Source: Candidatus Poribacteria bacterium
GTDB lineage: Bacteria; Poribacteria; WGA-4E; JAJDTR01
Assembly (NCBI GenBank): GCA_965222225.1
Contig: CBDCTK010000002.1
Coordinates: forward strand, 1,472,001 to 1,536,000
Length of the DNA: 64,000 nucleotides
Direction: 5' to 3'
Numbering within the stretch: the stretch's first letter is position 1; every line of letters begins with the position of its first letter. Below, piece by piece: positions 59,016-64,000 of this stretch. The notes below the pieces were generated by a model. The model was not told the origin of the DNA. It saw nothing but the letters and a program-made list of their open reading frames with translations, and ran no database searches. A program made the position numbers and the translations under genes.

Positions 59016-59396
59016 ATGGAATGGGTACTTAACGTCTTCTCCGAATATATCGAAAACGACTTCAAAAAGCGACTGGGAAATCCGAAGCCCACGGTTGATG
59101 ACCTGTGGGATACGTTCAAGGTGCTTTTTCCGACAACCACCGCGCGGCTGCTAGTTCAAGAACCGGTTGGGAACACCGTCAGATTCAAGGCGCTTGCTTT
59201 CTACCACGCGGATGAGATGGGCCCCCTAATCGAGGATCCGATGGGCTATATCAAAAAGCATTTCGGCGGCGGGAAATTCAAAATTAACTTCTATTGTGGA
59301 ATGCAATTCATTGCCACAATCAACTTCAAACCCGAAGGACCAGAAATCTGGCGCGACTTGCCCGAGCTCCCCGAGTCACATATTCCTGCCGATTAA
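59016..59396 (+). CDS. Hypothetical protein
   Basis: 126-aa ORF in operon position; no recognised family. Confidence 0.65.
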   Translation: MEWVLNVFSEYIENDFKKRLGNPKPTVDDLWDTFKVLFPTTTARLLVQEPVGNTVRFKALAFYHADEMGPLIEDPMGYIKKHFGGGKFKINFYCGMQFIATINFKPEGPEIWRDLPELPESHIPAD

Positions 59397-59415
59397 ATCG
59401 GACACACATTGGATA

Positions 59416-59838
59416 ATGGGCGATCAACAACCACTGACGACATGCCCCGACTGCAATAGCGCGAACATCCAAAGAATCGGAGAAAATGGATATTTCTGCC
59501 TCGATTGTGAATGGGACAACTTGTCGTTTGTCGCTGGCAATAATGATTCGCTAGTTTCCGCGCTCCGGCACGGCGACATCAATGCTCGACGAGAGGCGGC
59601 ACAAGCGCTAATCAACATTGGAGACACCGACCGCGACCTTGCAACTTCAGACGACCTAGCGCCCCTGCTTGAAGCCCTTGATGACAGCGAGGACGATGTC
59701 CGCTACTTCTCCGTCGTCGCCTTAGGAAAGCTCGGAGATACCGCCGCGCTCCCCAAACTAAAAAAGCTAGAACAACACGATTCCTCAGAGCTTGTCAAGC
59801 AAGGCGCCAAAACCGCAATTGAACGCCTCCAAACCTAG
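59416..59838 (+). CDS. Zn-ribbon + HEAT-repeat protein
   Basis: CPDC..CLDC then RREAA.AL..IG and VR...V.ALG.LG; ATG at 59416 preferred. Confidence 0.7.
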   Translation: MGDQQPLTTCPDCNSANIQRIGENGYFCLDCEWDNLSFVAGNNDSLVSALRHGDINARREAAQALINIGDTDRDLATSDDLAPLLEALDDSEDDVRYFSVVALGKLGDTAALPKLKKLEQHDSSELVKQGAKTAIERLQT

Positions 59839-59899
59839 CGATCCGGTAAGGTTGGCGCTGCCTATCGTCTTTTTTAACAAATCATGCCTTTAATCCGTC

Positions 59900-60319
59900 A
59901 TGCTAACTATTTCCGACCTCCCCTCCGTTAACGCCACGCTCAACACCATCAGCGTCATACTCCTGACCATTGGCTACCTCTGTATCCGCTCCCGAAAAAC
60001 TATCGCCCACAGAAACTGCATGATAGCCGCCTTCATTGTCTCAGCTCTATTTCTAACCTCTTACCTGACCTACCACTACCACGCCGGATCGACTCCCTTT
60101 GAGGGTGAAGGCTGGATTCGAGGAGTCTACTTCACCGTCCTCATTCCGCACATCGTCCTTGCCGCTCTTATCCTTCCGCTTGCACTGACTACGCTCTACT
60201 TCGCCATCCGCAAGCAGTTCGCCAAACACCGACGAATTGCCCGGTGGACGCTCCCAATCTGGCTATACGTTTCTGTCACTGGCGTAATTGTGTACTGGAT
60301 GCTCTACCACCTCCAGTAA
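59900..60319 (+). CDS. DUF420 (CtaM-like) oxidase assembly membrane protein
   Basis: LP.VNA.LN, HR.CM..AF..S.LFL.SYL.YH, HRRIARWT.PIWLYVSVTGV.VY. Confidence 0.9.
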   Translation: MLTISDLPSVNATLNTISVILLTIGYLCIRSRKTIAHRNCMIAAFIVSALFLTSYLTYHYHAGSTPFEGEGWIRGVYFTVLIPHIVLAALILPLALTTLYFAIRKQFAKHRRIARWTLPIWLYVSVTGVIVYWMLYHLQ

Positions 60320-60424
60320 CCTCTCGCCATCCGTTAATCCACTCTCGCTTTCTTTTTGAAATTGTCTCAAGCATTATAGTATACTCTCACACGAAACCTG
60401 CACTGTGACGAGGAAACGGAAAAC

Positions 60425-61174
60425 ATGAGACCACAACACCCCGAATCTTTCCATACCGGCGAACCCTTAGACATCAGCGAGATTGGCGCTCCGACGCCGG
60501 ACGGCAATCCCCAAACAAGTTCACGACGATTATTCCTGCAACTTTACGCTTTTACGGGAGCCTCTCAACCAGATGCGTTAATCGAACCACTTCGCGCAAT
60601 TAACTTGGAGTCCGTCCTTTATCACGATTTGAACGATCCGACAGGGGTCGGCATACTCTTAATCGCGACGGATCCCGCCGACTTGGTGACCCAGGCACGA
60701 ACACTCTTTGGCAGCCAACCCTTCTCCGCATTGCGACCAAGACCGGAATTAACCATGATCGGCAGAACCTATTCAACAGGACGTGAACCCAATCTTGAGG
60801 ACTGGCTGTTGGTCAAGCCGCGTCGGAATGTCCTCAATCCGGCGCTGCGCTGGGCGATCTGGTACCCGTTGCGCCGCAAACCTGAATTTTATCTCCTCGC
60901 GCCGCCCGACCAGGGGAAAATTCTTGCGGAGCACGGCATGATGGGACGCGCCTATGCCGAAGCCGGCTATGCCAACGACATCCGTGTGGCTTGCTTCGGA
61001 CTGGATCAGCATGACAACGAGTTCGTGATAGGATTGGTCGGCGCCGAACTCTATCCATTGTCGCGCCTCGTGCAGGACATGCGGAAAACGCAGCAAACCG
61101 CCAAATACATTGACTCGCTCGGGCCATTTTTCGTCGGACAAGTTTGTTGGCAAAGCCCGATGCGGGCTGATTGA
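60425..61174 (+). CDS. Chlorite dismutase / coproheme decarboxylase (ChdC/HemQ) superfamily heme protein
   Basis: WYPLRR, EHG..G proximal His, GLD..DNEFV, LV..MR, GPFFVG. Confidence 0.82.
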   Translation: MRPQHPESFHTGEPLDISEIGAPTPDGNPQTSSRRLFLQLYAFTGASQPDALIEPLRAINLESVLYHDLNDPTGVGILLIATDPADLVTQARTLFGSQPFSALRPRPELTMIGRTYSTGREPNLEDWLLVKPRRNVLNPALRWAIWYPLRRKPEFYLLAPPDQGKILAEHGMMGRAYAEAGYANDIRVACFGLDQHDNEFVIGLVGAELYPLSRLVQDMRKTQQTAKYIDSLGPFFVGQVCWQSPMRAD

Positions 61175-61311
61175 TTCTGGTTGCCCCATTTCCTCGCTGG
61201 AATTAAACGCCACCATAAGCCTAGCCGTCAAAAACATCAAGGTCCGAGTGGAATCTGGGTACACGGCACTCTGCGAAAATCCAAATCTCTCCGAAACTTG
61301 TACGTAAGAGT

Positions 61312-62037
61312 ATGAAAAACATCATCTCAATCTGCGGTAAAGAGTTATATACCTATTTCGTCTCGCCGATTGCCTACTTCGTTTTTTTCGTGTTTATAGC
61401 GGTTACCGGGTTCTTATTCAGTGCCATATTCTTCTATGAACACGAGATTGGCGGTTCAGCCATGGCAGTCATGCAGGTTGTGTTTGGCAATATCAGTATC
61501 ATCTTGCTGTTTTTTACGCCTGCGCTGACGATGAAACTGTTCGCAGAAGAGCGGAAATCCGGCACGATTGAATTGCTTCTTACCTCGCCGGTAACAGACA
61601 CCGAGGTCGTAGTTGGCAAATTCCTGGCGAGTTTGAGTTTGCTACTCATTATGCTTTTATTGACATTCCTTTTCCCAATCCTTATCCTCCCATTTGGCAA
61701 GCTTGACACCGGTCCAGTTTTGAGCGGCTACTTGGGGCTCTTGCTACTTGGATCTTGTTTTCTCTCGCTCGGGTTGCTGTTCTCTTCAATGAGCAAAAAC
61801 CAAGTGGTCTCTGCACTGACTAGCTTCGGGTTGTTACTCACGCTATGGGTTATTGGTTCCTTGTCGAATGGCGCCGGAAAGCTAGGCGAGATTTTAGCCT
61901 ACCTTTCTCTCACCGAGCATTTCGAGGATTTTGCCCGCGGTGTGGTATCACTCAAGCACGCTGTGTACTACCTCAGTTTCATCAGTGTCTGTCTGTTCGC
62001 CACGGTTAAGTCTGTTGAATCCTCAAAATGGAGGTAA
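61312..62037 (+). CDS. ABC transporter permease (GldF-like)
   Basis: KEL..YF.SPIAY, P.LTM.LFAEERKSGT.ELLLT.P, NQVV.A. Confidence 0.88.
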   Translation: MKNIISICGKELYTYFVSPIAYFVFFVFIAVTGFLFSAIFFYEHEIGGSAMAVMQVVFGNISIILLFFTPALTMKLFAEERKSGTIELLLTSPVTDTEVVVGKFLASLSLLLIMLLLTFLFPILILPFGKLDTGPVLSGYLGLLLLGSCFLSLGLLFSSMSKNQVVSALTSFGLLLTLWVIGSLSNGAGKLGEILAYLSLTEHFEDFARGVVSLKHAVYYLSFISVCLFATVKSVESSKWR

Positions 62038-62192
62038 GAACCTGTTTGAAAAGTACATTTGTAGGATCAAGCGAGTGGATAACGAGCTATATGTAGGGTG
62101 CGCACTGCGCACCAGCCTTTGGGGTTGATTTCTTCTAGGATCAACTGAGCGAATAGCGAAGGCGATAGTAAATCTTGATAGAGATCCTACAG
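62037..62192 (+). repeat. Modular intergenic repeat, copy D
   Basis: AGAACCTGTTTGAAAAGTACA identical to 55162-55182; 50-bp REP-containing block identical to copy C. Confidence 0.8.
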
Positions 62193-62287
62193 GTATGTAG
62201 CAGCCAACAATGAAAACATGAAAAAACTTTCTCAAATACCCAAAAATCGCTTTGTCACCTTTTTTTCAAACAGGCTCTAAGGTTGCA

Positions 62288-63940
62288 ATGACATCCGAAG
62301 AAAAATCCCGGACGCGCGCGAACCTTGCCCCACTCCTCGGTTTCTTGACGCTCATCCTCCTGTTCGGTGCGCTCGCCAGTTATCTCCTTGCGGCTACCGG
62401 TGCTTTCTGGATTCTACTCCTGCTCGGTTTAGGGACTCTGATTGCCTTCGTTGCACTCAACGCGCAAATCGTTACGCTGTTTTTTGTCAGCCGACAGGCA
62501 CGTTACGGCGCAAATGTAGCGATTAGTATTATTGGGCTTGTTGGAATAATGGTCATCATCAACGTCATTGTCGGTCATAAGTTAGATTTGACAGCAGATT
62601 TGACAGCAGACAAACTTTATACCCTGTCGGATCAGACGAAGAAAATTCTGCGCGGCTTGGATCGCGAGGTCAAGGTACTTGCGTTCTTCAGCAACAATGC
62701 CGACAACCCGAGGATGCAAAATCAACTTGCGTTTGGCCGAGATGTGTTGGGCAGGTACGCGCGTGAAACGGACAAACTAGAGGTTGAGTTCATTGATCCG
62801 GAGGCAGATCCCCATACCAGTGAAATGTATGACATCCAGTTTGGCGGTACGGTGGTTTTTGAGAGTGGTCAAAAGCGAGAACAGGTGACCGCTGTTGACG
62901 AGCAAAAATTTACCAGCGCAATCATGAAGGTGGTACGCGACGAGATTAAGCGCGTCTATTTCCTGATAGGTCACGAGGAACGCGGAATTGACGCATTTGA
63001 TGCCGATGGCTATCAGCAAGCGAAAGAGGGGTTAGAAAAACAGAATTATGCCGTAGAGCCGCTAACGCTGACCACCGAGCCTGATGTCCCCGCTGACTGC
63101 AACGCCCTCGTAATTGCTGCTCCGAAAACCTCGCTTATATCCCACGAGGTCAAGGCAATCGCCAGATACCTCGAACGTAACGGCAAGCTGCTCTTGATGT
63201 TTGAGCCTTCAATACTCTCGGCGGAAGACCCGAATCAACAGTTGGTTGACTTGGTTGCTCAGTGGGGTGTCTCGGTTGGAAATGACTATGTTCTTGTATT
63301 CGATCCGCGTTTCTCGTACGTGTTTGTGGGACCCGAAGCACCATTCATTAGACAGTTAGAGTTTCATGAAGTCACACGGTATGTTCAGTCCGCGATCTTC
63401 CAAACAGCACGATCGGTAACGCCAAAAGACGTGAATAGAGCCAATCTCAACGTAAAATCGCTTGCCAAGACAATTGATACCGTTGGAGTATGTTGGGGCG
63501 AGACCGAGCGCGGGGAAGATGGGGTATTGCTACCGGAAGCGTCCTACACCGAAGGCGTTGATACGCCGCCGCCTTTGTCCCTCGCCGTTGCGGTCGAGCT
63601 GAAGGACGAAATCGAGGAGACAGAGGAAGGGGACTCGTCCGAGAAACCGGAGGATGCCAAATCCACCGAGATACGAACACGCATCGTTGTCCTTGGCGAT
63701 TCAGATTTTGCGTCAAACGCCTATTTTGCCAATTCTGGCGGCGGCGACCTTTTTCTGAATGCAATAAACTGGTTAACGCTTGAGGAAGACCTAATCGCTA
63801 TTCGCCCTATCGGCCCGAGTCAACAATCTCTCCGGCGCATGACCGCGAGCGAAGCGAGGCTTGTGCAAATGACTTCAATATTCCTGATTCCGATTGTCGT
63901 CTTCATTATTGGCGTCACGGTGTGGTGGCATCGCCGTTAG
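62288..63940 (+). CDS. GldG-like ABC-associated accessory protein
   Basis: DLT.DK.YTLSDQT, YFL.GHEE, IVVLGDSDF.SN, N.INWL, C-terminal TM ending WWHRR. Confidence 0.85.
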   Translation: MTSEEKSRTRANLAPLLGFLTLILLFGALASYLLAATGAFWILLLLGLGTLIAFVALNAQIVTLFFVSRQARYGANVAISIIGLVGIMVIINVIVGHKLDLTADLTADKLYTLSDQTKKILRGLDREVKVLAFFSNNADNPRMQNQLAFGRDVLGRYARETDKLEVEFIDPEADPHTSEMYDIQFGGTVVFESGQKREQVTAVDEQKFTSAIMKVVRDEIKRVYFLIGHEERGIDAFDADGYQQAKEGLEKQNYAVEPLTLTTEPDVPADCNALVIAAPKTSLISHEVKAIARYLERNGKLLLMFEPSILSAEDPNQQLVDLVAQWGVSVGNDYVLVFDPRFSYVFVGPEAPFIRQLEFHEVTRYVQSAIFQTARSVTPKDVNRANLNVKSLAKTIDTVGVCWGETERGEDGVLLPEASYTEGVDTPPPLSLAVAVELKDEIEETEEGDSSEKPEDAKSTEIRTRIVVLGDSDFASNAYFANSGGGDLFLNAINWLTLEEDLIAIRPIGPSQQSLRRMTASEARLVQMTSIFLIPIVVFIIGVTVWWHRR

Positions 63941-64000
63941 CTTTCTTCGCTTTCACTTAGCTCGACTTTGTGCATTTGTAGTGCATTTGTAGGGTGCGAT

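Noticed and set aside
60425-61174. Functional chlorite dismutase
   Set aside because: The distal Arg appears absent by eye, and the YP.RR motif is closer to coproheme decarboxylases.

Overview
Bacterial genomic window of roughly 50% GC. The gene style is reminiscent of Ca. Poribacteria-like lineages, but taxonomy is a guess. The left part (1-17.2 kb) holds an IS1595 transposase running off the edge, recD2, a decayed defence island, thrC behind a leader terminator, a hypothetical gene and sbcDC. The island consists of a PHP-ATPase (Ppl/TrlF-like) gene cleanly split by an IS701 element, a 5'-truncated DNA methyltransferase and a doubly frameshifted restriction nuclease. From 17.5 kb to the end, every credible gene is on the + strand. 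This run forms a ~44 kb respiratory super-cluster: (1) a Rieske / split cytochrome b6-type complex with an octaheme cytochrome c; (2) a Nitrospira/Manganitrophus-type bd-like (OR-N-like) module with three cytochromes c, bracketed by two cupredoxin-like paralogs; (3) an A1 heme-copper oxidase with its assembly genes; (4) an uncharacterised block in which a DPOR ChlB/BchB C-terminal-like (PCP_red) domain occurs six times in four genes, next to an Mrp ATPase, an AhbD-like radical SAM protein and a ChdC-like heme protein. The first two modules share an identical 16-bp palindrome at a class I activator position. Accessory genes (TA modules, GmrSD-like, Nmad3, binding proteins), a MITE and modular GTAG-REP-like repeats are interleaved. 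All family calls are by-eye motif recognition; no searches were run.
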